64,000 nucleotides of DNA, from the IMG/VR virus record IMGVR_UViG_3300014019_000011, positions 1 through 64,000 of that record; one strand, given 5' to 3'. Below are positions 29,344 to 38,764 of the stretch, one piece after another. Numbering within the stretch: the first letter of the stretch is position 1; the number at the start of each line of letters is the position of its first letter. The notes below the pieces were generated by a model. The model did no database searches. It saw only the letters and a program-made list of their open reading frames with translations, and was not told the origin of the DNA. The translations under genes and the position numbers were made by a program. Source of the DNA: a virus. Its lineage: Duplodnaviria; Caudoviricetes.

Positions 29344-29685
29344 CTTAATAATCCTTGTTTTAGAGTTACACCGGGGTTTCAGACCGGTGATGAGCTTCGT
29401 TCTGTGTTGCTCATGTAACAAAGGTGAGGCGTAACAAGCATTGAGACAAGCCCCTAAAAGCAAAAAAATGCATGTCCTCAAAATTTCATACTTTGAAGGC
29501 TCCAGATCATTAAAATTGTAAACAAACTTTTTTCTGATAGACGGCGGATTTATTCAAGAACTCAGGAACTCTACTGCCAAACGGCGTCTTGAATTACGCC
29601 GACATGAGTTCTTGAATTTCCGGATATCGCCGACGGCGGAGAGTAGTACTCGCGTGCGCACGCACGAGAAGACGTCTCGAATTCA

Positions 29686-30470
29686 CAAGAGTCACAATGC
29701 CTGGGACTCTTGAAGGGCTGCACCTCTTCCGGCGTGCCGGCCGGCGCGCTAATGTGAAGTCAGACGCGGTTGCGACGGCGCATCAGGGCCGTCAACAAAG
29801 TTGCCGTTCTCAAAGTCTGTGACCCCGCGTCAGACGCGTCAACAGTTTTTGCCAAGCCCGTTTGCAAAAACGAAAACGCCCGCGGCGGCCCCGAACGCAA
29901 AACCGCCATCCGTCGGCGCGTTCCAAAATCGCCCAACCCTCGCGGATCGTTCTCCCCCAGTCGCCAAGCCCTTCCAAATCCCAGGGCGCATGTCGCCAAA
30001 AATCCCCCAGAAAAACCGAAAACGCACATTTTAAATTCAGGCGATTTTCGAGTGTTCTGCAGAACAGCAGCTCCCCGAAATCCGACGTCTAAAATGTTCC
30101 GGCCGGAACGATCAGGCATCGCAAGCGAACCGCAAAGCCCTGAGAATGCGCAAGAGTAACAACCGTTGGGACTCTTGAAGGGGTCTGGCTATTGGAGGGT
30201 GCCGACTGGCAGGCTAGTATCGAAGTCACAGGAAGTTGCGACGGCGCACCATGGCCGCCAACCCCATCGCCAAGCCCATCGCAAAACGAAAACCACCGCG
30301 ACGGCGCTGAGCGTTCCCCCCGCCATCTGGCGGCTCGTTCCAAAATCCCAACAGCTCCGACGGCGCGTTCCCCTTCGCGGAACGCCTTCCCAAATCCGAG
30401 GGGGCATGTCGTCAAAACCCCCAAATCCAACTCCGAAAACGCACATTATTATTTCTGCGCGATTTTCGTT
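29686..30470. repeat. Degenerate tandem duplication of a ~320-370 bp non-coding unit
   Basis: Units start at 29686 and 30151; shared blocks GGGACTCTTGAAGGG, GTTGCGACGGCGCA, GCCAAGCCC, CAAAACGAAAAC, GTTCCAAAATC, GCATGTCG, CCGAAAACGCACATT, GCGATTTTCG. Confidence 0.85.
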
Positions 30471-30691
30471 TTTCATGAAAAACAGAACTCAACCGGCATG
30501 CACCGCCGACGAGGTCGAGACCGATCGACGACGGCATGGATGTAGGCGCCGACGATGACCAGGCATTCTGCCGGTTTCGCGCGGCACGATCCTGTCGACG
30601 GAAATTCAAGAACTCGCCGACATGGGCCTCGAAATCCCAAGACCCCCCTCCGGGTATCGATCCCCCCGGGTATACCCCCGCATTCTGGGGG

Positions 30692-31120
30692 CTATGCTTT
30701 CGGCAACCGGTCTTTCCACGCCTCGAGATCGCGGGTGGATTTCTCGCCTGCCAACTCATGCTCGGCATATCTGGCGAGGATGCGGAACATCACGCTGCCG
30801 TCGTCAGGGATGATCTTGGGCAGGCCGTCGACGCTGTGGTTGATCTCCAGATATCGAACCTCGATCGGATCACCGCCAGGCGTGGTCGGTGCCAGGTGGT
30901 CGATGTGGAGACGGACATCGAGCTTGCTGACGAACTGGTGCATGTTGTCGACGATGCATGACAGCGAGCTGATGCCGTTCGTGGAGTCGTAATAGGTGCG
31001 CGGCGGCGACGGAACGTCGTTGCGGATCATATCTTGATATCGCGACAGGATTTCCAAGACCCCCCTCCGGGTATCGTTTGAGGGATACCCGGGGGTGTTG
31101 TTCGGGAGGTCAGTTCTCAT
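30692..31120 (-). CDS. Hypothetical protein
   Basis: ATG 31120 with GAGGA RBS overlapping the upstream gene. Confidence 0.6.
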   Translation of the reverse strand: MRTDLPNNTPGYPSNDTRRGVLEILSRYQDMIRNDVPSPPRTYYDSTNGISSLSCIVDNMHQFVSKLDVRLHIDHLAPTTPGGDPIEVRYLEINHSVDGLPKIIPDDGSVMFRILARYAEHELAGEKSTRDLEAWKDRLPKA

Positions 31121-31667
31121 CGGCACGTTCCTCCCAATTCCGCTCCCAGCTTTCCCATGCGTCCGTTTTGGTTCGCTCCTCATTCACTCCAAGCTCCGCA
31201 ATGAGCATGTCGTGGAGGACCTTGGTAATCGGAAGCCGAGGTGCGTCGCCCCAGTCCCTTAGAACCTGCAGGAAGCACTCGCCAGGCCGATCGATGACCA
31301 TAAGGTCCCCATATTCGCCTGTATCGAGGATATGCCGCTTCTCCTGCTTCCGTTTCTCCAGCTCGATGGCGCGAAGGCGTTCCTCTTCGGCATGCTGCCG
31401 GTCACGCTCGGCTCGCTGGCGCATGCGTTCGACTATCAGGTTGGTCTGGTCGTCGATGGCATCGTTGAACTGCTGCCGGAACGCGGACCACTCCTCGTCG
31501 GTGATATCGAACCTCTGCCGCCACATGGCTGTGTCGTACTGCGAGATATCCAGGCAGAAGCCCGTACCTGACAGCAGGGCCGAGCCTTGCGCGGGGAACA
31601 GGAACCGACGGCCTTCGAAGACAAAGCTGAGGGTATCGCCGATTTCGATGTTGCTGAATGTCCTCAT
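31110..31667 (-). CDS. Hypothetical protein with coiled coil
   Basis: Part of a tightly overlapping leftward operon. Confidence 0.65.
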   Translation of the reverse strand: MRTFSNIEIGDTLSFVFEGRRFLFPAQGSALLSGTGFCLDISQYDTAMWRQRFDITDEEWSAFRQQFNDAIDDQTNLIVERMRQRAERDRQHAEEERLRAIELEKRKQEKRHILDTGEYGDLMVIDRPGECFLQVLRDWGDAPRLPITKVLHDMLIAELGVNEERTKTDAWESWERNWEERADEN

Positions 31668-32053
31668 GCCGCCTCGCTTTCTGTCCTGTTCTCGGCCTTC
31701 GTCACCTTCTCGCCCTTGATGACCCGTTTCACGATCTCGCAGAGGATATCCTCGCGCCGGACACGGTACTCATTGCCGTTGACGGTATAGACCTCGTGGC
31801 CGCGCAGGAACGATTTGAGTCCGAGGCGGATGGCCTCGAAATCGGCAAGGGAATGGTTCTCCTTGAGGCACAACGCCTTGATGTCGGCTTCGTCGACGGC
31901 GGTGTTGAAAACAAAGGCTTCCAGATACGGACAGGAAGGCTTGATCGGCAGGGAGAATACACGGTGCCCGAAGGTGAAGCCGACCCGCATGTTCACGTAG
32001 TCGATGGTCATGTTTTCAGGCTGCCGGTTGGCGGTGATCTGGGTGTCTGTCAT
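31664..32053 (-). CDS. Hypothetical protein
   Basis: ATG 32053 overlaps the upstream stop. Confidence 0.6.
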   Translation of the reverse strand: MTDTQITANRQPENMTIDYVNMRVGFTFGHRVFSLPIKPSCPYLEAFVFNTAVDEADIKALCLKENHSLADFEAIRLGLKSFLRGHEVYTVNGNEYRVRREDILCEIVKRVIKGEKVTKAENRTESEAA

Positions 32054-32280
32054 TTCTCTCTCCTGACCCACACGTCGCATTTCTTCGTCACCAGGATCAT
32101 CGTGCTGGAGAACCGGGGGATCGAACGCTCGGACGCGCAGGCCCATTCGTTTCGGCTGAGGGTGAAGGTGTCGCCATCGACAAGACGGCGGGTTTCGGGA
32201 ACCGGCATGCCCATGACCAGCCATGAGATGAATCCGACGGCGATGATGAAGGCAGCCCATGCCCATTCGGATTTCGTCAT
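32050..32280 (-). CDS. Small membrane protein
   Basis: N-terminal TM; 4-nt overlaps on both sides. Confidence 0.6.
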   Translation of the reverse strand: MTKSEWAWAAFIIAVGFISWLVMGMPVPETRRLVDGDTFTLSRNEWACASERSIPRFSSTMILVTKKCDVWVRREK

Positions 32281-32534
32281 GGCGCGGTCCTCCTGTCCCT
32301 CCTGTCGACGTAGTCGATGATCTGCTCGTTCATGCGAGTCTGTCTCAGCATGCAGTCACGCAGGAAGTTGACGTGATGGATGACCGTCTTCATCTGCTTG
32401 CGGAGAATGTCGGTCTCGGCGCGCAGGGTCTTCAGCTCGTCCTCGCGGGCGCGCTGCTTGGCGGCGTTGGCTTTCCCGAGTTCGAGACGGAGGCCGGTTA
32501 GATTGACGGTGCTCATGCCGATCTCCATGACCAA
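32277..32534 (-). CDS. Small coiled-coil protein
   Basis: Operon continuity. Confidence 0.55.
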   Translation of the reverse strand: MVMEIGMSTVNLTGLRLELGKANAAKQRAREDELKTLRAETDILRKQMKTVIHHVNFLRDCMLRQTRMNEQIIDYVDRRDRRTAP

Positions 32535-33118
32535 GCCGGGAGCTTCCCGCCTGTTGGCTTCATGTCATCCCATCCGGCCCTGAATGGGCATTCGGCTCCG
32601 TTGATGCCAGGGATGAAACCGACGGCTCCCCATGTCTCAACGCGCTCGACGATCATGAAGGTGCCTCCAAAGACGGAGGTCGCCACGATCAAGACGATGT
32701 CTCCTTCCTCGATCGTGAACGGTGCGGTTGCGGTTTGGATGGAGCTCATGCCCCCCAGCGGCTCGTCCTCGGGATCGCGCTGCTTGGCGGCATTGTCGAA
32801 GGCACGCTCCGCCCATTCCCTAATGTGCAAAAGCAGAGCGGCAGGTTCGAAGCACCCACAAGCACTCAGCCGTTTCTCGAGACCAACAACCTCGTTGATA
32901 CTCAAGAGATTGACAGTGTACTCCGTGACTACAGGATCGAATGGGTAGGCATTCATATATCCATTCTCGATACCGATATGAATCATCAGGATGCCAGGTC
33001 CGACGTTGATACCTGCGAAGGCGACTGGGCCGAGACGGTCGACTTCTTCACAGTCAACGAAGCGAAGAGAATGATCGTCCACATGTTTCCAGGCGCTAAG
33101 CCTCGTTGTCTTGCTCAT
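32513..33118 (-). CDS. Hypothetical protein with C-terminal SH3/KOW-like domain
   Basis: EGDIVLI...GGTFMIVERVETWGAVGF motif; AT-richer N-terminal half. Confidence 0.6.
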   Translation of the reverse strand: MSKTTRLSAWKHVDDHSLRFVDCEEVDRLGPVAFAGINVGPGILMIHIGIENGYMNAYPFDPVVTEYTVNLLSINEVVGLEKRLSACGCFEPAALLLHIREWAERAFDNAAKQRDPEDEPLGGMSSIQTATAPFTIEEGDIVLIVATSVFGGTFMIVERVETWGAVGFIPGINGAECPFRAGWDDMKPTGGKLPAWSWRSA

Positions 33119-33834
33119 ACCGACACCCTCCTGTTCAGGACCTCGGAAAGAGCGTCCACGGTTTTCTGGAATTCCGACTTCGGCTTCAGGTCGAGCCTGC
33201 GACCGTCGGCGTTGAGCTGGGCCAGCGCCTTCTGGAACCGGTCTTCCGACAGGGCGACGAGAGCGGCGCGGCCATGGCGCTCGACCAGGTCGACATCCGT
33301 CAGCTTGACGGAGCCACGACCGAAGGGGCCGGGCTTGGTTCCCTTGCGGCCATCGTGCAGGGCCTTGCGGCGCATGGCGCGGCTGCCGTGCAGGTGGGCG
33401 TTCTCGGAGACGAGATCGAGTCCTACGAGGACGTGGGCGGCGTTACGCTTGCGGGCAAGGTTGTGCTGGCGCAGGTGCTTGCCCGAGCGCTTCAGCTTGG
33501 TCTGGCTGACATTGTCCAGGTAGTTGGCGAGGAAATTCCGACTCCACTCGTCCTGGTCGGTTAGCTCGAATTCCGGCAGGTCGAGATCGTCGCCATCGCC
33601 GATATCCTCCCTGACGGCCCTGATGGTGCCGAGCGTTTTCCCTGAGGCATCGGGATCGATGTCGAACCGTGCGTTGATCTCGGCCATGGCATCGTGCATC
33701 GCACTTGCGATGTCGAGATCGTCGTCATCGTCGGCGAGCTTCAACCATTCGCCGCTACCCGAGCCGTCAGGGCTAAAGGTGACGGAATACATCCCGTCTT
33801 CGAGCGTCTCGAGCGTCTTGATATCACTGTTCAT
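33115..33834 (-). CDS. Hypothetical protein, acidic N-half and basic C-half
   Basis: Operon continuity with GGGGA RBS. Confidence 0.65.
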   Translation of the reverse strand: MNSDIKTLETLEDGMYSVTFSPDGSGSGEWLKLADDDDDLDIASAMHDAMAEINARFDIDPDASGKTLGTIRAVREDIGDGDDLDLPEFELTDQDEWSRNFLANYLDNVSQTKLKRSGKHLRQHNLARKRNAAHVLVGLDLVSENAHLHGSRAMRRKALHDGRKGTKPGPFGRGSVKLTDVDLVERHGRAALVALSEDRFQKALAQLNADGRRLDLKPKSEFQKTVDALSEVLNRRVSV

Positions 33835-34438
33835 GCTGTTCCCCTGTTTTGTCTTTTCGGATTGCCCGGTTCCGGAGGGCGGCCCGCTTCGGCATTTCGA
33901 AGGTCGGGGTCTCGGGATCGGGAATTGGTTCGTCGGCGGCCGGTGCTTCCCAGACGGCGATCCGGGCGTGCTCGCGAGGCGGACGTTCGTAGTGGCGGTA
34001 GCCCCGCAGGCTCGCGAAGACGTCCAGCCCCTCGTCGACGATATCGGCGCAGCGCGAGCGGCGGAGATGGACCTGGGCGGCTATCTGGCGAAGACTGGTG
34101 CCGAGCGCGAACAGCTCGACGATATGGCTCTCGAGGCCGATGTTCTGGCAGCCCTTGCGCCAGTAGTTCAGGAACCAGCGGACTTCGATGTTCCTCGGGG
34201 TCGTCGGGATATAGTCGCGGTCGCCGGTTGCGCCGCCGCCCATGCCGATGCGAACCATATCGAGCGAAGGCGCCGACAATCCGTCCTCGAGCGCGGCGCG
34301 GATTTCGAGAGCCGCCCGGAGACGGTGCGGAAGCATGTTGGAAGTCAGGAGGGGATCGGGCGACAGGTATCGGCGTGTCTCGGGAGTTCCCCGATCACGT
34401 TTTTCGACAGTCCTGATCTGTTTCTTCTTTTTCGCCAA
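33824..34438 (-). CDS. Sigma-region-4/Q-like HTH regulator (putative late activator or antiterminator)
   Basis: TTG start; LRAALEIR and GTSLRQIAAQVHL HTH; upstream of the late genes. Confidence 0.55.
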   Translation of the reverse strand: MAKKKKQIRTVEKRDRGTPETRRYLSPDPLLTSNMLPHRLRAALEIRAALEDGLSAPSLDMVRIGMGGGATGDRDYIPTTPRNIEVRWFLNYWRKGCQNIGLESHIVELFALGTSLRQIAAQVHLRRSRCADIVDEGLDVFASLRGYRHYERPPREHARIAVWEAPAADEPIPDPETPTFEMPKRAALRNRAIRKDKTGEQHEQ

Positions 34439-34685
34439 CGTCGTTCCCCAACGAGTTCGTTAGGGAAAGTCTTCGGCCGCCGGCGGAAAGCGACAAGCGG
34501 ATGCGGAAATTATTTCTGCATCGGAGTGCGGACATGGAAAAGGGCGCGTTCTATATTTGAAACCCCGCGCCCTTCCCAGGAAGAATACGTCTCAGCTCAG
34601 TCGTATTCGATAAACAATATGGCTACGGCCGGCGAAAGTGTCAATGCAAGACCCCGACAGTGGTGAAGCCGTCGGGGTCTTGAAT

Positions 34686-35243
34686 TCAGTCAACATCGTC
34701 GGCGAAGAAGGAGAGTTTACGAGGCTGGCGACCGAACCAGTTTTCAGCCGTCTGCTGGGCGACAAGGTCATCGAGGTACTGCTCGAGACCTTCGCCGACG
34801 CGCTTCGATGCCCAGACAGCGAGACGGAGGACATAGCGGGCGACAGCGCGAAGCTCTGCGTCCTCCTCGGGCGTGGAGAGGTCCACGTCGAGATAGACGC
34901 ACTGCTTCGGATCGATACCGACAGCTTCGATGACCTGGTGGCGTGCGAGTTCGACGCGAGCTTTTGCCGTCAGCTTTCCGTCGCGCTCGATCAGCGCAAG
35001 CGTGAAGTTGCGGGCGAGATAGGCCTTCTGCGCGCGGGGGCCTTTCTGCCAGTTCGTGATGCCGTACACCATGTAGTTACGGACCGTGTCGGGGTCGCGC
35101 GTCCAGACCCCGGCCCAGTCCATGCGCCAGACCCCGAACTTCTCTTCACCCGGGTGCCAGCCATCGGGTTTGGGCTTGGGCTTCACTTTGGGAGGATTGG
35201 GATCGCGATAAGGGCGATCAACTTTGGCAGAGTACGTAACCAT
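34686..35243 (-). CDS. Hypothetical protein
   Basis: ATG with AAGGA RBS. Confidence 0.65.
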   Translation of the reverse strand: MVTYSAKVDRPYRDPNPPKVKPKPKPDGWHPGEEKFGVWRMDWAGVWTRDPDTVRNYMVYGITNWQKGPRAQKAYLARNFTLALIERDGKLTAKARVELARHQVIEAVGIDPKQCVYLDVDLSTPEEDAELRAVARYVLRLAVWASKRVGEGLEQYLDDLVAQQTAENWFGRQPRKLSFFADDVD

Positions 35244-35473
35244 TTCTGGTTCCTTTCGCTGTCGGAGAACGGGCCGACACCCGACAGACCCGGGCTTGGG
35301 CCTGAACTGGAAAAAACGATTGGGTACTCTGGCATTCTAGGGTTTGCTGTTCGTCGCGTGTTGCCACGCGCCGCCATCGCGATGACCGGTCTACCGGTTC
35401 CGAATGAAGCAATCCCTTACGAAATCGTTAAAATGCGACCGACACGAAAAACCCCGCTCGAGGCGGGGCTTCG

Positions 35474-35734
35474 TTACCGGATGACGGCAGGCCTGCACGT
35501 CGCGTCGGCGACATCGAGCCGCCACTGTGCTTCGTCGTGCTTGATCCAGGCATCCACCGTTCCGTAAACCGGAAGCACCCGATGCATGCCGCCGCCGCCG
35601 AGGGCGGGGAGATAACACGGTGTCTCCCAGTCGATGTGGAGCCTGTCGTCGACCTCGGAAGCCTCAAGGAGAGCGAGGTCCTCGGCGATATCGTCCCAGT
35701 CGAGGATGGGGTCGTCGTAAACCTCAATCGCCAT
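35474..35734 (-). CDS. Small acidic protein
   Basis: ATG 35734 after GGGAGG; followed by hairpin 35447-35471. Confidence 0.6.
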   Translation of the reverse strand: MAIEVYDDPILDWDDIAEDLALLEASEVDDRLHIDWETPCYLPALGGGGMHRVLPVYGTVDAWIKHDEAQWRLDVADATCRPAVIR

Positions 35735-35993
35735 CGTAAACCTCCCAGCCGAATTCATCGACCGTGATCTCCCGGGCGGCGGCTACTGCCTTGCGACGGC
35801 GGCGGACGGTCTCGCGCTGCCAGGGGTTCTTCAGCACCTGACGGTCGAAGGAGATGATCTCCGCTCGTTGCGGCCGGTGAGCCAGGTAGGTCTCCAGACC
35901 CTTGAGATACGGTTCCATGACGGCGCGTTCGGCAGCGTCCATGTCAGGGAGGCATTTGGCGAGGCACCTCGCGTTGATTTCCATGATATCCAT
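35724..35993 (-). CDS. Hypothetical protein
   Basis: GAGGGG RBS; overlaps the next gene. Confidence 0.6.
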   Translation of the reverse strand: MDIMEINARCLAKCLPDMDAAERAVMEPYLKGLETYLAHRPQRAEIISFDRQVLKNPWQRETVRRRRKAVAAAREITVDEFGWEVYDGD

Positions 35994-36076
35994 TTTCGTT
36001 CCCCTCTATCCGCCTTGATGGCGGTTACCTGATATTGTGGTGTGGTTTCCGCCGGCGCAAATCGCCGGCCGGAATG

Positions 36077-36586
36077 TCAGCGCGGTCCTTGCCGCCCCGG
36101 ATTGTCGTTCGATGGCCGATGACGAAGTCCTTCGGTCGCAAGCTCGACGAGATCGTCAAGGGCGGCGGCTTCCGATAGGATGGTCGGATCGCCATCGGCG
36201 TTCGTGTCATGGGTCCAGCCCTGGCCGACGCGGACAGACCAGATCAGCCAGTCGACGACATGCAGCACGTCGTCGCCGTGCCATCTCATCCACAAGCGTG
36301 AGCGCTGCTCCCACTTCCTGCGGAGGACGGCATCCTCGCCGCCGCCCATGTTCGGCCATCCGTCGGTGCGGTACCAAGCGGGGTCGTCGCTGGCATCGTA
36401 CGGATCGCGAATGAAATCGGCATCGACCCCATCTTGCGCTATCCACCATTCGACGAAGAGCCGAGCGAGGCCGGGTTCGACCAGGTGGCGGATATCCCGC
36501 TGGATGGAAGCGGGAATATCGATCTCGTGGATGAGCGCCTGGACGGCCGATCCGAATTCCGGGTGTGACTGTGCTGACTTGCTCAT
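36077..36586 (-). CDS. Hypothetical Trp-rich protein (resembles N-terminal part of rhizobial PcfJ-domain proteins)
   Basis: HVVDWL...GW....DGDP motif; ATGA-coupled to the AbiEii gene. Confidence 0.55.
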   Translation of the reverse strand: MSKSAQSHPEFGSAVQALIHEIDIPASIQRDIRHLVEPGLARLFVEWWIAQDGVDADFIRDPYDASDDPAWYRTDGWPNMGGGEDAVLRRKWEQRSRLWMRWHGDDVLHVVDWLIWSVRVGQGWTHDTNADGDPTILSEAAALDDLVELATEGLRHRPSNDNPGRQGPR

Positions 36587-37491
36587 GCCGACATCCTCGC
36601 GTTCGAGGGCTCGCGCTGTACGACGAACGGACGGCAACGCAGGTTCATCTCGTCCTGAACCTCGCCCCAGAGATACGCGACATCGGTCCATGCGCTGAAG
36701 ATCGACAGATCGGTTTTTCCCGCCGCCCGGTGCTTTTCCCATGACGCTTCGAGACGGCTGATCGCCGGCCACTGGATCGTCTCCGGAAGCGTGTCGATGT
36801 CGATGCCGCGATGCTCGCAGACCCGGATCATCTCGCGGGCAACGGCGGCGCAGTCAACGCCATCCCACAGGTCTTCGTTGATGACGTCGGCCAGGTGCCG
36901 GACGCGGAAGTCGTTCTCGGACTGGAGCGCGACGGCGAGCAACTTCTCGGCGGCGGCGGCTTCGAGAGGCTGCACGGCGATGGTGAGCGGTGGTAGCACG
37001 TCGATCAGAGACGGTATTTCGGCGACCTCGATCGCGCGAGACAGCGCCTGCGGGCCGCGAGCGACGGTCATGTCGATGTTCGTGTTGGCGCGCACGCCGC
37101 CGACGGTGCCGCGGATTATCCACCGCTGAACCGGTTCGCCGTATCCGACGTCTATTTCCTTCGGCATGCCGGAGAAGGTCAGAATGCGGATGCCCTCGCG
37201 CTCGAGGAGCGGGGCGATCCGACGGATGCCGTTCGCGAACTCGTGCGGCAGATAGTGACGTATGGTCACTATGTCGGCATCCTGCGTCTCGCGGACCCGC
37301 TGGTCGAACAGCTCGCCGCCCTTCAGCAGGATCGGCGCTGGCCCCATTCCTTCCGGCCAGTAGCGAAGCACGCCTTCGGCGAGGATACGGCCCGCCGCCA
37401 TGTCGATATCGAGATCGTGGTCTTTGACCACCTTCTTCAGCTTCGTGCCGACGCTCTCGAATACTCCTGAAACTCTTCCTATTCTTGCCAT
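36583..37491 (-). CDS. AbiEii-family nucleotidyltransferase (type IV TA toxin/Abi-like)
   Basis: LLKGG, RETQDADI, AEKL and R.RHL.D motifs of the DNA-pol-beta-like AbiEii family. Confidence 0.85.
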   Translation of the reverse strand: MARIGRVSGVFESVGTKLKKVVKDHDLDIDMAAGRILAEGVLRYWPEGMGPAPILLKGGELFDQRVRETQDADIVTIRHYLPHEFANGIRRIAPLLEREGIRILTFSGMPKEIDVGYGEPVQRWIIRGTVGGVRANTNIDMTVARGPQALSRAIEVAEIPSLIDVLPPLTIAVQPLEAAAAEKLLAVALQSENDFRVRHLADVINEDLWDGVDCAAVAREMIRVCEHRGIDIDTLPETIQWPAISRLEASWEKHRAAGKTDLSIFSAWTDVAYLWGEVQDEMNLRCRPFVVQREPSNARMSA

Positions 37492-37688
37492 GTCGATCCC
37501 CTCAGATGTTCTTGTTGGCTGAGGAGATCGTGGCAACCGGCGATGCAAGAGACAAAAGTAACGCCGTGATTTTCGGCCGTTCCGATTCCCAAAAAGGGAG
37601 TAATGGGGGGAAAACGAGGTAACCGCCTTTCAGAAAACCGTCTAGGATGCCCGTAGGACACCGAAAACGACTTCGCCTATACCAAGGG

Positions 37689-38027
37689 TCATGGTTTTTT
37701 CGACGGTATGCCTGTGTATCGTCTGCGCTTGAAGAGCCGCTGTTGGAGAGCGGAATAGCACTTCTCCGCGTTCAGGCCCCGAACCTCCACCAGGTGAGCG
37801 AGGGCGGCCGCCAGTATGCGGTCGAACACCTTCGTCTCCGCCTCCGACACAGGACGGCCGTTCTTCGCCGCCCGGACATTCCGCTTGGTCGCCGCCTGGA
37901 TCGCCGCCGACAGCGCCTCGTCGACTATATGCGGCTGCATCGGTTTCCCCTCGGCCCGCCGGTTAGCCCTCGTGTTGTTCGACAGCTCCCGCCGCCGCGC
38001 CGTCGTCTTGTAAAACCCCTGTGCCAT
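37689..38027 (-). CDS. Small basic helical protein
   Basis: ATG 38027 after GGGGA; upstream of AbiEii. Confidence 0.6.
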   Translation of the reverse strand: MAQGFYKTTARRRELSNNTRANRRAEGKPMQPHIVDEALSAAIQAATKRNVRAAKNGRPVSEAETKVFDRILAAALAHLVEVRGLNAEKCYSALQQRLFKRRRYTGIPSKKP

Positions 38028-38217
38028 CGGCCATCCCCTGTAACGCCGTGAATACACGATGTAACGCCGTGACGATGCAAGTGACCAACGCCGACGGCGG
38101 AACCGGTCAGGTCATGACGGCCAATAATGTAGACGATATGAGACGCAACGGAGGATAATGTCGCATCTGCAAGACATTGTGTAAGCCGTTGAAATCGGCT
38201 CGTTTAAGTAGACTCGC

Positions 38218-38580
38218 CTAGTTTCCCGCCGCTCTACTGAAAAACCTCGGCTTCAGTTTCCGGGCAAGACCCTCTGGTGCATCCTGATCGTGGCTGAAGA
38301 CCTCGGCCAGAACCTGACGGATCGTGTCGGCTCCATCGCCATCGGTCGCAAGGATGTGGAGGGCTGCGTCGCAGAGCGCGTCCCGAACGTGCTGTCGGTT
38401 CACCGGTACGATGCCGCTCGCCAGATCGGCCTCCACCTTCGCCCGGGTCTTCGTCACGGCGGCACCGTGATACTTCAGCCGCCGCCCGGACGGTAGCTGA
38501 CGGATCGGGGTCGGACGGTGGGCTTCGTCGATCATTTCGGCGAGGAGCTGGATTTCGTAGTCTGCCATGTCGAGGTCCAA
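38218..38580 (-). CDS. Hypothetical protein
   Basis: ORF divergent from rep; start uncertain (38568 or 38580). Confidence 0.5.
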   Translation of the reverse strand: MDLDMADYEIQLLAEMIDEAHRPTPIRQLPSGRRLKYHGAAVTKTRAKVEADLASGIVPVNRQHVRDALCDAALHILATDGDGADTIRQVLAEVFSHDQDAPEGLARKLKPRFFSRAAGN

Positions 38581-38764
38581 CGGGAATGGTCAGATCATGA
38601 TAGCCGGCGGCGACCGGCGCAAGGGAGGCACCACGGTTCGGCGCAGGGTCTCTACGGTCTCGGTTCTTGCTCGGCGGTTCTCCACGCTCGGAGCCAAACC
38701 CAAAACAAGCGAAGCGCCCCGATAAAACAAAAACAACCCAGTGCGACGCTGATGTTCTGCTCCT

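Noticed and set aside
29640-29680. N15-type telomere resolution site
   Set aside because: The palindrome is only about 10 bp perfect and no protelomerase is in the window
29760-30558. Several 60-130 aa ORFs on both strands in the repeat region
   Set aside because: Similarity between the duplicated units switches frames, so no reading frame is conserved
29480-31100. CRISPR array
   Set aside because: Repeats are degenerate and long, with no regular repeat-spacer period and no cas genes
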